DNA of 64,000 nt from Alphaproteobacteria bacterium. Lineage in GTDB: Bacteria; Pseudomonadota; Alphaproteobacteria; UBA11073. Below, piece by piece: positions 41,289 to 50,077 of this stretch. Position 1 is the first letter of the stretch, and each line of letters begins with the position of its first letter. Made by a program: the position numbers and the translations under genes. The notes under the pieces are model-generated. The model saw only the letters and a list, made by a program, of their open reading frames with translations, made no database searches and was not told where the DNA came from. The stretch lies in assembly GCA_965246945.1 (NCBI GenBank), contig CBDFFW010000001.1:1645639-1709638 (forward strand), in the 5' to 3' direction.

Positions 41289-42436
41289 TGGCTGCACCTG
41301 CATCCATGCCGGTACCTTCAGCCTGGCAAAATTACCAAACTGCCGCGCAAACCCGCTGGCAGCAATCAGCGGTACCAACGGTGAAGGACGAAGCCTGGCG
41401 CTATACCTCGCTGGCGGCAGTCCCTGTTGAAGCCTGGGCCCGTATACCGGTGCCGAGCGAAACCATTCATGACTTGCCGGATGGTGTCACCATCACACCT
41501 TTGCCCAGTTTGAGCGAAACTGAATTTGCCGCACTGGATTTGCCAGCGCCAGCACATTTAAACGCGCTAGTTGCCCTGAACGCGGCCCAAACGCAGGAAG
41601 CATTTTTATTGCGGATAGCAGCCAACACCCATTTAACCGATCCACTATTATTGCATCTGCAAAACCCAGTTAAAGCGACCAATCAAATTTTATGGGTGAT
41701 TGAGCTTGGTGCGAATAGCAATGCCACTATTCTGCAGCAGCATGAAAGCGGTGCCGAAAATCTGACCAATTTGGTTATGCATATTCGCATTAATGATAAT
41801 GCCCATTTACAGCATTATCGCTGGCTGAATGATGATAAAACCGCCATGCAGCACCATCATTTGCAAGTACAAGTTGGCCGCGATGCCAGTTATGACACAC
41901 TCGCTTTCACCACCGGCGGGCAGATTAACCGCAATGAAGTGCATGTGATATTAGGCGGCACTGGCGCGCATGCTACCGTCAATGCCGCCTATATTGCTGG
42001 AAAAAATCAGCTGGTTGATAACACCTCCATCATTCGCCACGCTGCCCCGCATGGCACATCGCGGCAAACCGTTAAAGCCGTGATTGGCGCGCAAGGTAAA
42101 GGCGTATTTCAAGGCCGAATTGAAGTGGCGCGTGAGGCGCAAAAAACCGATGGTTACCAACTAAACCAAGCGCTGCTGCTCGCCGATAATGCCGAAAGCA
42201 ACTCTAAACCTGAACTGGAAATTTTCGCCGATGATGTGAAGTGTTCGCATGGCGCAACCATCGGCCAGCTGGATGCCAAAGCGTTATTTTACCTACGCTC
42301 CCGCGGTATTCCAGAAGCGCAAGCCCGCGAACTGCTGATCCACGCTTTCATCGCCGATGTGTTTGATGAAGTGCGCGATGAAACCATCCGCCACGCCATG
42401 CTGGCGCAAATGCAAAAGGTTTTGGCGCAGCTTTAA
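41288..42436 (+). CDS. sufD: Fe-S cluster assembly protein SufD
   Basis: The C-terminal beta-helix region resembles SufB/SufD. Coupled to sufC by TAATG. Confidence 0.85.
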   Translation: MAAPASMPVPSAWQNYQTAAQTRWQQSAVPTVKDEAWRYTSLAAVPVEAWARIPVPSETIHDLPDGVTITPLPSLSETEFAALDLPAPAHLNALVALNAAQTQEAFLLRIAANTHLTDPLLLHLQNPVKATNQILWVIELGANSNATILQQHESGAENLTNLVMHIRINDNAHLQHYRWLNDDKTAMQHHHLQVQVGRDASYDTLAFTTGGQINRNEVHVILGGTGAHATVNAAYIAGKNQLVDNTSIIRHAAPHGTSRQTVKAVIGAQGKGVFQGRIEVAREAQKTDGYQLNQALLLADNAESNSKPELEIFADDVKCSHGATIGQLDAKALFYLRSRGIPEAQARELLIHAFIADVFDEVRDETIRHAMLAQMQKVLAQL

Positions 42437-42486
42437 TCTCTGGCAATTCTTAAAAATCCCTGCTAACACCTGTTCGGAAGCACAGG

Positions 42487-43581
42487 TTGTCAGATCGTTT
42501 TTTATTGCCTGTCGGCTTTGCCGATCGTTTAGGGATGGATGCCCAGCAATTGGCACAAGCCCAATATCAAGGCCTGCAAACCGCCAGCCGCTTTGGTTAC
42601 AAACAAGTCCAACCCGCGCTTTGTGAATTTGAAGAAACATTATTAGCCGGCACCGGCAGCGCGTTGAAGCGCGAAACCTTTCGGCTAATGGACCCTGTTT
42701 CGCAGCGCATGATGGGTTTGCGCGCGGATCTGACCACCCAAATTACCCGCATTGCCAATGTCGCCTTGCGCGAGACCCCGCGGCCCTTGCGCTTATGTTA
42801 TGCAGGCACTGCCATTCGGCAAATTGCCAAACCGCTGCAACCGCACCGGCAAATTGAACAATTGGGCGCTGAATTAATTGGTGCTAGCGGCGTTTATGCC
42901 GATCTGGAAATTATTACCGTGGCGCTGCACATTTTGGCTGGTCTTGGTATTGGTAAAATTGTTGTGGATTTAAATGTGCCGCGTTTGCGCAATATTTTAT
43001 TTGCGCATTATGGTGTGCCGACTGCTGCCCAAAATACGCTAACCCAGGCTATCGCCCAGCGGCAGTTTGATGCCATCCCACCGCATTATGAATTGATCCA
43101 TGCTTTATTGAATCTGGCTGGCCCGCGCGATGTAGTTTTAGCAAAATTACGGACACTTGCCTTACCGGCAGAAGCAAAAATTTTGTGCGATGATTTATGT
43201 GCCGTTGCGACTGCATTGAGCGATGTAAATGTGTATATCGACCCGCTCGGTGCGCAGGGTTTTGATTACTACACGGGTTTATGTTTTACGCTGCTGAGTG
43301 CAGATAATCAGCAACTCTTAGGCCGCGGTGGGCGTTATCAAAGTCAGATTGAGGATGAAGCAGGCGCAGATGCCACAGGCTTCACCATCGATCTGGATTT
43401 GCTGCAAGCACTGCTGCCCGCACCAAGTGAGGCAGAGTATATTTACCTGCCAATTGGCACACCGGCAGCCGTTGAAAAAAAATTACAGTCTGAAGGTTTA
43501 ATTACCATCCGCGCCTTACAAAAAGGCAATGAAAATCAAATTGCAGCACAACTGGGTTGCGCCAAAGTTTGGCAGAATTAG
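42487..43581 (+). CDS. hisZ: ATP phosphoribosyltransferase regulatory subunit HisZ (HisRS paralogue); TTG start
   Basis: Class II aaRS-like core without an anticodon-binding domain. N-terminal LPVGFADRL resembles HisZ/HisS motif 1. hisZ-purA synteny is common. Confidence 0.8.
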   Translation: MSDRFLLPVGFADRLGMDAQQLAQAQYQGLQTASRFGYKQVQPALCEFEETLLAGTGSALKRETFRLMDPVSQRMMGLRADLTTQITRIANVALRETPRPLRLCYAGTAIRQIAKPLQPHRQIEQLGAELIGASGVYADLEIITVALHILAGLGIGKIVVDLNVPRLRNILFAHYGVPTAAQNTLTQAIAQRQFDAIPPHYELIHALLNLAGPRDVVLAKLRTLALPAEAKILCDDLCAVATALSDVNVYIDPLGAQGFDYYTGLCFTLLSADNQQLLGRGGRYQSQIEDEAGADATGFTIDLDLLQALLPAPSEAEYIYLPIGTPAAVEKKLQSEGLITIRALQKGNENQIAAQLGCAKVWQN

Positions 43582-43591
43582 AGAGCATAAA

Positions 43592-44884
43592 ATGACCAAT
43601 GTTGTTGTTGTTGGGGCCCAATGGGGCGATGAGGGGAAAGGCAAGATTGTCGATTGGCTATCGGCGCGCGCCGATGTCGTTGTCCGCTTTCAGGGCGGGC
43701 ATAATGCTGGCCACACGCTGGTGGTGGATGGCAAGGTATATAAATTACATCTGCTGCCATCCGGCATCGTGCGCGGCGGCAAAATGTCTTATATCGGGAA
43801 TGGCGTGGTGCTCGACCCGTGGGCCTTGCTGCAGGAAATCGACAATGTGCGTACGCAAGGTTTGGATGTTAATCCCAGTAATTTGCGTATCGCTGAAAAC
43901 ACGCCGTTGATTTTACCGGTGCACGCCGCTGTGGATAAAGCCCGCGAAGCCGCGCGCAAGGGCGGCGGGATTGGCACGACCGGCCGCGGGATTGGCCCCG
44001 CCTATGAAGACAAGGTTGCCCGCCGCGCGATTCGGCTATGCGATTTAAACACGCCGGATTTATTGGCCGAAAAGGTGCAGGATTTATTGGTAGTGCATAA
44101 TGCCACTTTGCGCGGGTTTGGCGAAGCGGAATTGGATGCGGCGCAAATGACTGCCAATTTATTGGCCCTCGCCCCGCGCATTCTGCCGTTCCAAGCGCGC
44201 GTGTGGGAATTACTGCAAACCGCCATTAACGCCAAACAAACGATTTTGTTTGAAGGCGCACAGGGCGCGTTGCTGGATGTGGACCATGGCACCTATCCAT
44301 TTGTCACTGCTTCCAATACTGTAGCAGCCTCGGCTTCGATTGGCGCCGGTATTGGGCCGCAGCATTTGGGTTATATTTTGGGCTTGGTCAAAGCTTACAC
44401 CACACGGGTCGGCGCTGGCCCTTTCCCTACCGAACTTAAAGACGAGATCGGCGAACATATCGGCCAACGCGGGCATGAATTCGGCACTACTACCGGCCGC
44501 AAACGCCGCTGCGGCTGGTTCGATGCGGTGCTGGTAAAACAAAGTATTCAGCTGAATGGCATCAACGGTATCGCCTTCACCAAACTGGATGTACTGGATG
44601 AATTGCCGGAGCTAAAAATTTGTGTTGCCTATGAATTAAACGGCCAACGGATCGATTACTTGCCCGCCAATGCAGCCGAACAAGCCGCTGTGAAACCAAT
44701 TTACGAAACTATGCCGGGCTGGCAAACTATTACAGCCGGAATGCGGCAATGGGACCAACTGCCAGAAAATGCGCTTAAATACATTGCGCGGATTGAAGAA
44801 CTGATCGGCGCGCCAGTCGCCCTGCATTCCACCAGCCCCGAACGCGAAGACACAATTTTGCGCATCGATCCATTCACGGCTTAA
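43592..44884 (+). CDS. purA: Adenylosuccinate synthetase
   Basis: P-loop [31 protein letters not shown] motifs. Confidence 0.95.
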   Translation: MTNVVVVGAQWGDEGKGKIVDWLSARADVVVRFQGGHNAGHTLVVDGKVYKLHLLPSGIVRGGKMSYIGNGVVLDPWALLQEIDNVRTQGLDVNPSNLRIAENTPLILPVHAAVDKAREAARKGGGIGTTGRGIGPAYEDKVARRAIRLCDLNTPDLLAEKVQDLLVVHNATLRGFGEAELDAAQMTANLLALAPRILPFQARVWELLQTAINAKQTILFEGAQGALLDVDHGTYPFVTASNTVAASASIGAGIGPQHLGYILGLVKAYTTRVGAGPFPTELKDEIGEHIGQRGHEFGTTTGRKRRCGWFDAVLVKQSIQLNGINGIAFTKLDVLDELPELKICVAYELNGQRIDYLPANAAEQAAVKPIYETMPGWQTITAGMRQWDQLPENALKYIARIEELIGAPVALHSTSPEREDTILRIDPFTA

Positions 44885-44902
44885 TAAAAATGCGGGTTTT
44901 GT

Positions 44903-45535
44903 TTACACGGCATGCGATCGCTGGGTTGAAGACATAGCTGAATTGAAAGTCACTTTCAGTTTCAGCCGCAACCGGTCTAAGCCATTCGTGCCAAGTTTGG
45001 GGTTATAACGTTTGGTTGGCATTTCAAATGCTTTACTCAAACCGCCAGCAAGTCCGGCTAACAATGATGGCGTTCTGAGAGCAGCTATTCTCGGCAATAA
45101 AGTTTGCTGGCTAGATAGTGATTTTACGCCGTTAGTTTTTACCGGTTGCCCATCGTGCTTGGGAGCAAGTTGATTAATTTGAATGAAAACCGGCTTTGGC
45201 GATTGCCGCATATTTTGCACCACGCGCTGCAACCAAACCCCTAATTCACCAGCCATTTGATTGGCGGTTAGTTCCAACATCAACGGCTGATCGGGTTTCT
45301 GCTGCTGCCAAGTTTGAATCAGCGCGGCTAAATTCTGTTCAAGCCTGCTCAGCCAAATGGCCTCATTGGTTGAAACTGCATTTGGATCGTTATCTAAAAG
45401 ATTATCTGTGGCTTTTATTTGGGTTCGGTAGTGAGAGATATAGGGCAGACCTTGCGCCGTGTAGGCAATAACAGGTTCGCATTCCAGCAACTGATTGCCA
45501 GTATCAGGGATAAGATCGTCTTCTCTTATATCCAT
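44903..45535 (-). CDS. Hypothetical protein, divergent from the pseudokinase gene
   Basis: Uninterrupted 210-aa frame. No signal peptide or motif recognised. Confidence 0.4.
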   Translation of the reverse strand: MDIREDDLIPDTGNQLLECEPVIAYTAQGLPYISHYRTQIKATDNLLDNDPNAVSTNEAIWLSRLEQNLAALIQTWQQQKPDQPLMLELTANQMAGELGVWLQRVVQNMRQSPKPVFIQINQLAPKHDGQPVKTNGVKSLSSQQTLLPRIAALRTPSLLAGLAGGLSKAFEMPTKRYNPKLGTNGLDRLRLKLKVTFNSAMSSTQRSHAV

Positions 45536-45637
45536 GTAACCTTAAACAAATTGTAACATAAAACCGTAAACGATTCACTAAGAATTTTTCTAAAGCTAAC
45601 GGTTCTTTCTTCCGCCCTATTTTTCCGCCATGCTGGC

Positions 45638-47638
45638 GTGATGAGCGACTCGGGCGCCCGTCCACGTGTGCGGCGTTTTCATATTGAGCTGGATAACCCG
45701 CTGCCTGCGTTTAATCAGGGCGGGGCGCAGGCTTATGCGGTCACCAATAACACCGAATACCGCGATACGATTTATGCCTTGTTGTGCCCCAGTAATATGC
45801 CATTGCGTTTGGAAATGGGCATATCCCTGCAAAATACCACCACTCACCATTTTCATAATTTAATCGATTTCGAAATCGTCCATGGCAGTGGTTTGACGGA
45901 AGAATATATGGGGTTGATCCTGCCCAAACCATTGGGCCGGCCGCTAGTGGCCGATCTCAATACCCATTTCATCCCCTGGAAGGAAGAGGAACTGCGGCAA
46001 TATCTGATTAAGCCGATGGTGGAAGTGCTAAATACCTTGCATGACCGTGTTTTATCGCATGGCAGTATTTCGCCGCTGCAAATGTGGCGGGAAGGTGCGG
46101 CACAACCGGTTAAACTAGCGCAATGCTTCACCACGCTGCCTGGGTTAAATCAGCCGGTATTTTTTGAAACCATCGAACGCGCCATTGCCCAACCCTTTGC
46201 CAAAGGGGACGGGCGTACAGAAGACGATTTGTTCAGCTTGGGTGCCACCATTTATTTTTTAGCCGTGGGCCGTAACCCCCTGGCGCATCTATCGCCTGAA
46301 GAATTAATCAGAGCGCGCATGGAAATCAGCACGCCGGTTTTGTTGTTAAACACCGCGCGCGTGCCCAGCAGTTTATCTGAACTGGTAAAGGGTTTGTTAT
46401 CGGATCAACAGCGTTCACGCCTGACGATCCGCGATGTGATGGATTGGTGCGATGGTCAGCGCCTGGTGCCCAAACAACCGGTTTCCGTTGGGAAAGCCAA
46501 ACGCAGTATCATTTTTAACGGGCAGGAATTTCTAAAACCAACATTATTGGCGCAAGCGCTGGCCAGCGCGCCGGAAGAAGCCATTAAATTTGTTTTGGGC
46601 CCTGATTTTCTACGCTGGTGCCAACGCAGCGGCGCCATTGATGTTGCGCTATATCAAAAATTGGCAGAGGTGTTGGGCAGTTCCGAAAATGGTAAATCTC
46701 CGGCGGTGACCTTAACCCAGGTGATTGCCTGTTTAGATCCCGCCGGCCCTTTGCGTTATAAAGAATTTAGTTTTGGCCTGGCTGGTATTGGCACCGCTGC
46801 CATGCTCGCATTTTTACAAAACAACGCAAATTTAAAAAACGCCGTGGCAGAAATTGTGCAGAGCGATTTGCCCAGTTTTTGGGCCGGCCTGCCCGGCAAC
46901 AGTTTTGCGTTTAACACCACCATTGCCCAGGAATTATCGGCGCTGCGCCATTTAATTACGCAAACCCAGCCAGGTTATGGGTTGGAGCGCATGCTGTATA
47001 CGCTGAATCGGCAATTGCCTTGCCAATCCGAAACCTGCCATGGTTTTTATGCCCTGCAATCGCGTGATTTATTACGGGCCTTGGATGGTTACATTCAAAA
47101 AGGCCAGCGCCCACAGGAATTGCTGGACCGGCATAGCGCCGCATTTTTAGGCAGCCGCCATAACAGCCGGTCGGATGAAAATTTGCTGAAATTGCTTAAT
47201 CCCAGCCAGGAATTGGGTGAGCGGCGCATTGGCCTGTTGAAGTTACTGGCGACCCTGCAAGCGCGGTTTAAACTGGGGCCGTTAACCCATTTAACCGGCT
47301 GGCTGGCCGAATTGGTGCGGCCGTCTTTGGATAATTTACACAGCCAAACCATTAAAGAAGACATCGCCAAGTCTTTGCTGCGGGTCGCCAAACATGGTGA
47401 TTTGAACGAATTGCTGGCCTTGCTGGATAGCGGCAGTTTGCAATTGCGCGATCAGCGTTTATTTAAAAGCGCACGCCAAGAATATCAAAATTTGCAAAAG
47501 CAAATTAACGAGATCGATCAATGGGTCGCGCAAAAAGATGCGCTGGGCCATGCCGTCGGCCGGCAAGTGGCCAGTGTTACCGCTGTGGTTCTGGCGCTGT
47601 TAGCCACAGTGGTTATCATGCTGGCACAGAAATTTTAA
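45638..47638 (+). CDS. Tail-anchored membrane protein with an N-terminal degenerate protein-kinase-like (pseudokinase) domain
   Basis: Residues ~20-270 follow the Hanks kinase subdomain order with catalytic residues replaced. Beta3 RDTIYALL lacks the Lys. The catalytic loop is HGSISPLQM in place of HRDxKPxN. The Mg site is QCF in place of DFG. An activation and P+1 segment FFETIERA is followed by DDLFSLGATIYFLAVGRNPL, the subdomain IX signature. The C-terminal helical region ends in a TM helix VASVTAVVLALLATVVIMLAQKF. Confidence 0.6.
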   Translation: MMSDSGARPRVRRFHIELDNPLPAFNQGGAQAYAVTNNTEYRDTIYALLCPSNMPLRLEMGISLQNTTTHHFHNLIDFEIVHGSGLTEEYMGLILPKPLGRPLVADLNTHFIPWKEEELRQYLIKPMVEVLNTLHDRVLSHGSISPLQMWREGAAQPVKLAQCFTTLPGLNQPVFFETIERAIAQPFAKGDGRTEDDLFSLGATIYFLAVGRNPLAHLSPEELIRARMEISTPVLLLNTARVPSSLSELVKGLLSDQQRSRLTIRDVMDWCDGQRLVPKQPVSVGKAKRSIIFNGQEFLKPTLLAQALASAPEEAIKFVLGPDFLRWCQRSGAIDVALYQKLAEVLGSSENGKSPAVTLTQVIACLDPAGPLRYKEFSFGLAGIGTAAMLAFLQNNANLKNAVAEIVQSDLPSFWAGLPGNSFAFNTTIAQELSALRHLITQTQPGYGLERMLYTLNRQLPCQSETCHGFYALQSRDLLRALDGYIQKGQRPQELLDRHSAAFLGSRHNSRSDENLLKLLNPSQELGERRIGLLKLLATLQARFKLGPLTHLTGWLAELVRPSLDNLHSQTIKEDIAKSLLRVAKHGDLNELLALLDSGSLQLRDQRLFKSARQEYQNLQKQINEIDQWVAQKDALGHAVGRQVASVTAVVLALLATVVIMLAQKF

Positions 47639-47648
47639 GGGACAAATC

Positions 47649-48122
47649 ATGGCCAAAGAAAAAGCCGCAAAACCGGTTAAAGCCGGTGCCGAAAATAAAA
47701 CCGGTATGGCCTGGCTCTTGGTCTGGCCGATTATTTTGGCGATGAGTGCGGTTTTCCCGCCGCTATTTATTTTCGTGGCCGGGGTGATCCCCACTTTGGT
47801 CGCGCGGTTTGTCGATCCCCATCCCGAACGCTCGCTCACCGTTTGTGCCGGCGCAGGCAACGCGGTCGGCTGCGTTTACTGGCTGATCTGGACAGTCACC
47901 CATCAATATTTAAGCTGGCAAAGCATTTTGGGATTAATGTTATTGCCAACCACCTGGTTAGTTTTGCTCGGCGCAACTGGCGCGGGCTGGGTGGTGTGGC
48001 TAATAATACCGTCCATGGTATCCGCCCAGGTAACTCAGCATCAACTGGCCATACGCGCACGGCTGGTCAAAGCCCAAGAGAAAATGAGCAAAGAATGGAA
48101 TCAAGGCATCAATGCGCCTTAA
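47649..48122 (+). CDS. Small polytopic membrane protein (about four TM helices), translationally coupled to the pseudokinase gene
   Basis: Begins 10 nt after the upstream stop. Hydrophobic segments AWLLVWPIILAMSAVFPPLFIFVAGVIPTLVA, VGCVYWLIWTV, ILGLMLLPTTWLVLLGATGAGWVVWLII. Confidence 0.5.
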   Translation: MAKEKAAKPVKAGAENKTGMAWLLVWPIILAMSAVFPPLFIFVAGVIPTLVARFVDPHPERSLTVCAGAGNAVGCVYWLIWTVTHQYLSWQSILGLMLLPTTWLVLLGATGAGWVVWLIIPSMVSAQVTQHQLAIRARLVKAQEKMSKEWNQGINAP

Positions 48123-48170
48123 TAAAGTCGTTTTTCATCTTTAAACAACATTTTTTAGCCTTAATTAAGT

Positions 48171-48198
48171 TGACAATATGGTATTAATTTTTATTATC
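48171..48198 (+). promoter_or_regulatory. Putative sigma70 promoter for the Tat-lipoprotein gene
   Basis: TTGACA, a 16-nt spacer, TATTAT. It lies ~30 nt upstream of RBS AAGGAG and the ATG at ~48229. Confidence 0.4.
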
Positions 48199-48228
48199 TA
48201 TATTAGACAACCATTAAGGAGAAACAAA

Positions 48229-49170
48229 ATGACTAGCGAAAAAATTAATTTAACAAGAAGAAAAGTCTTAGTATTATCAGGCGTCGGCCTTGTATCACTG
48301 CTAACTGGTTGTGGTGGTAGCACAAAAACAGTTAACAATTATCCTCCTGCAACAACAATATCTCCAAATTCAAATAGCAATGCCAATTCGAACCAAGCCC
48401 CCTCTATAGCTTCCATCGATAAAACCAATACCCGTTTGCAAAGCTTAATGGGCCAAAGTTCAACCGACTCCGTTGCGGTGCAAATGCAAGCGCGTGATAC
48501 TGTGATTGCTTATCAAAATGACATTGATGCTGTAATCCGGCCTGCTTTTACCGGCAATGATCCAAATCATAATTTAAGTGCATTGAAAGCGCTCACTACC
48601 ACAAACAAAACATCAATTATTATTACTGTGGAAATAGATCCAACTGATCCATCGGTGACCTTTGACGGTCAGCAAACTGTGCATTTTGCCGCCAGTGCTG
48701 TTCATTATAATATTTCGGCAGATAATGAATTCGCTTCAGGCGCCAAAGATGCCGAAGACTTTACTGACCATGGTTTAGTTGTTCGCATTAATAAGGGATT
48801 CCCAGGCGTAAATTATTATTATGATGATATTTACCAAGATAACCGCACTGGCGATCCGACCGATCGTGTTGAACGGCATACTGCCAATCTTCTTGTGGCA
48901 ACCCCTAATTACATTGAGCAAGGTGCACGCTTTAATAAATATTCGGCGAGCGAACAAAGACAAGCTTTGACTGGGGTAATAAAAATTTTGGAGGCTGTGC
49001 AAAATGGCAAAATCAAGTTGAATGCAGATAACACAGTCACCATGAATGGCCAAACCAGCAGAACACTGACACTTAGCGCCAAAGACGTGGGTGTCGAAAT
49101 CGGCTTTGGCAAAATCAGTGGTACTATTTCTAAAACAATGTCAGCATTGCCGTTATCATTTAACGGGTAA
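48229..49170 (+). CDS. Lipoprotein with a twin-arginine-like signal, Asn/Ser/Thr-rich
   Basis: MTSEKINLTRRKVLVLSGVGLVSLLTGCGGS gives a TRRKVL Tat-like motif plus lipobox LTGC. Low-complexity NSNSNANSN linker, then a globular domain. AT-rich. Confidence 0.55.
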   Translation: MTSEKINLTRRKVLVLSGVGLVSLLTGCGGSTKTVNNYPPATTISPNSNSNANSNQAPSIASIDKTNTRLQSLMGQSSTDSVAVQMQARDTVIAYQNDIDAVIRPAFTGNDPNHNLSALKALTTTNKTSIIITVEIDPTDPSVTFDGQQTVHFAASAVHYNISADNEFASGAKDAEDFTDHGLVVRINKGFPGVNYYYDDIYQDNRTGDPTDRVERHTANLLVATPNYIEQGARFNKYSASEQRQALTGVIKILEAVQNGKIKLNADNTVTMNGQTSRTLTLSAKDVGVEIGFGKISGTISKTMSALPLSFNG

Positions 49171-49187
49171 ACACATAACAATAATAG

Positions 49188-49222
49188 CCGTCAACCGGCG
49201 GCTATTATTTCAAAAAAAGCTT
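49188..49222. terminator. Possible bidirectional terminator hairpin
   Basis: AATAGCCG tcaac CGGCGGCTATT followed by ATTTCAAAAAAA. The stem is good but the U-tract is interrupted. Confidence 0.4.
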
Positions 49223-49454
49223 GACAATTTTGTCTATCATGATTACATTCCTATTAATCTGAATTGGCTGGCCAGCAATTCAGGAAGGTTATGACCTTAA
49301 GGGCGCGGGTCCGGCAAACAGCCTGTGCGAGCAATCAATACATCCCTTAAACGAGCCGGTCGATGTTTGCAAAAATCTCCCGGGAGTGTTTTTAAACCAT
49401 TCAATTAAAAGCAAAATGCATTATCCTTATTCTTAAAATAGCAATTTAGATATT

Positions 49455-49562
49455 ACTTCATCCTGAGGAGTGCCGCAGGCACGTCTCGAAGGGATGCTTA
49501 ACCTGGGTTATCTCACTGGAGTATCCTTCGAGACGCTGCTAAGCAGCTCCTCAGGATGAGGT
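49455..49562. repeat. MITE-like palindromic repeat, family A, copy 2
   Basis: ACTTCATCCTGAGGAG...GTCTCGAAGGGATGCT...AGTATCCTTCGAGAC...CTCCTCAGGATGAGGT. Both 16-bp terminal inverted repeats are intact. It ends 1-2 nt from the GIY-YIG stop codon. Confidence 0.7.
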
Positions 49563-49563
49563 T

Positions 49564-49863
49564 CTATAAGTGTTTCTTTTTATATCTTTCAGCCAGCATT
49601 GGCAGCAATTCATATTCTTTGCGGATCAATGCTTCTTTCTTATCGCGTCGCCAACCTTTAACTTGGCGCTCTGCTGCAATGGCATCCGTTATATTCAGAA
49701 AATTTTCAGCGAATACCAGGCGAACTGGGCGCCGCTTGAATGTATAACACGTTGGATGAAAACCCTGTTCATGCTGGCTCATCCGCAATTCAAATTCGCC
49801 GCGCGTCGTACCTACATAATAACTGTTATCCGCACAATGCAAAATATAGAGCCATGCGGACAT
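49564..49863 (-). CDS. GIY-YIG nuclease family protein (small YhbQ/UPF0213 type), intact
   Basis: MSAWLYILHCADNSYYVGTTRGEFELRMSQHEQG contains the GIY...YVG motifs and an Arg. The C-terminal ...KGWRRDKKEALI is typical of this family. 99 aa. Confidence 0.8.
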   Translation of the reverse strand: MSAWLYILHCADNSYYVGTTRGEFELRMSQHEQGFHPTCYTFKRRPVRLVFAENFLNITDAIAAERQVKGWRRDKKEALIRKEYELLPMLAERYKKKHL

Positions 49864-49902
49864 CCGCTAATCTTATTAAATAACTAGAATGTTTACAACT
49901 TA

Positions 49903-50010
49903 CCTCATCCTGAGGAGCGGCTGAAAGCCGTGTCTCGAAAGATGCTCCAACCAGGTACCTAGGTAAGCATCCTTCGAGACGAACGTTGAGCGTTCTCCTC
50001 AGGATGAGGT
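49903..50010. repeat. MITE-like palindromic repeat, family A, copy 3 (best preserved)
   Basis: ACCTCATCCTGAGGAG cggctgaaagccg TGTCTCGAAAGATGCTCC ... GCATCCTTCGAGAC ... TCCTCAGGATGAGGT. Perfect 16-bp terminal inverted repeats and nested inner inverted repeats. Confidence 0.75.
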
Positions 50011-50077
50011 TGGTGCAACATCATTTGCATCAAAATCCTTGCCTGCTCGCTGCCTTTACCGGTAAGCGTAAGGCAGC

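Noticed and set aside
42437-42486. Hairpin CCTGTTCGGAAGCACAGG after sufD as a terminator
   Set aside because: The T-run follows only after a 13-nt gap and belongs to the hisZ TTG-start region. At best it is a weak attenuator and is not called.
28852-50010. Interpreting the family-A repeats as CRISPR-like or riboswitch elements
   Set aside because: The copies are dispersed rather than arrayed. They are palindromic with terminal inverted repeats, which is MITE or REP-like behaviour. They carry no conserved riboswitch core that I recognise.
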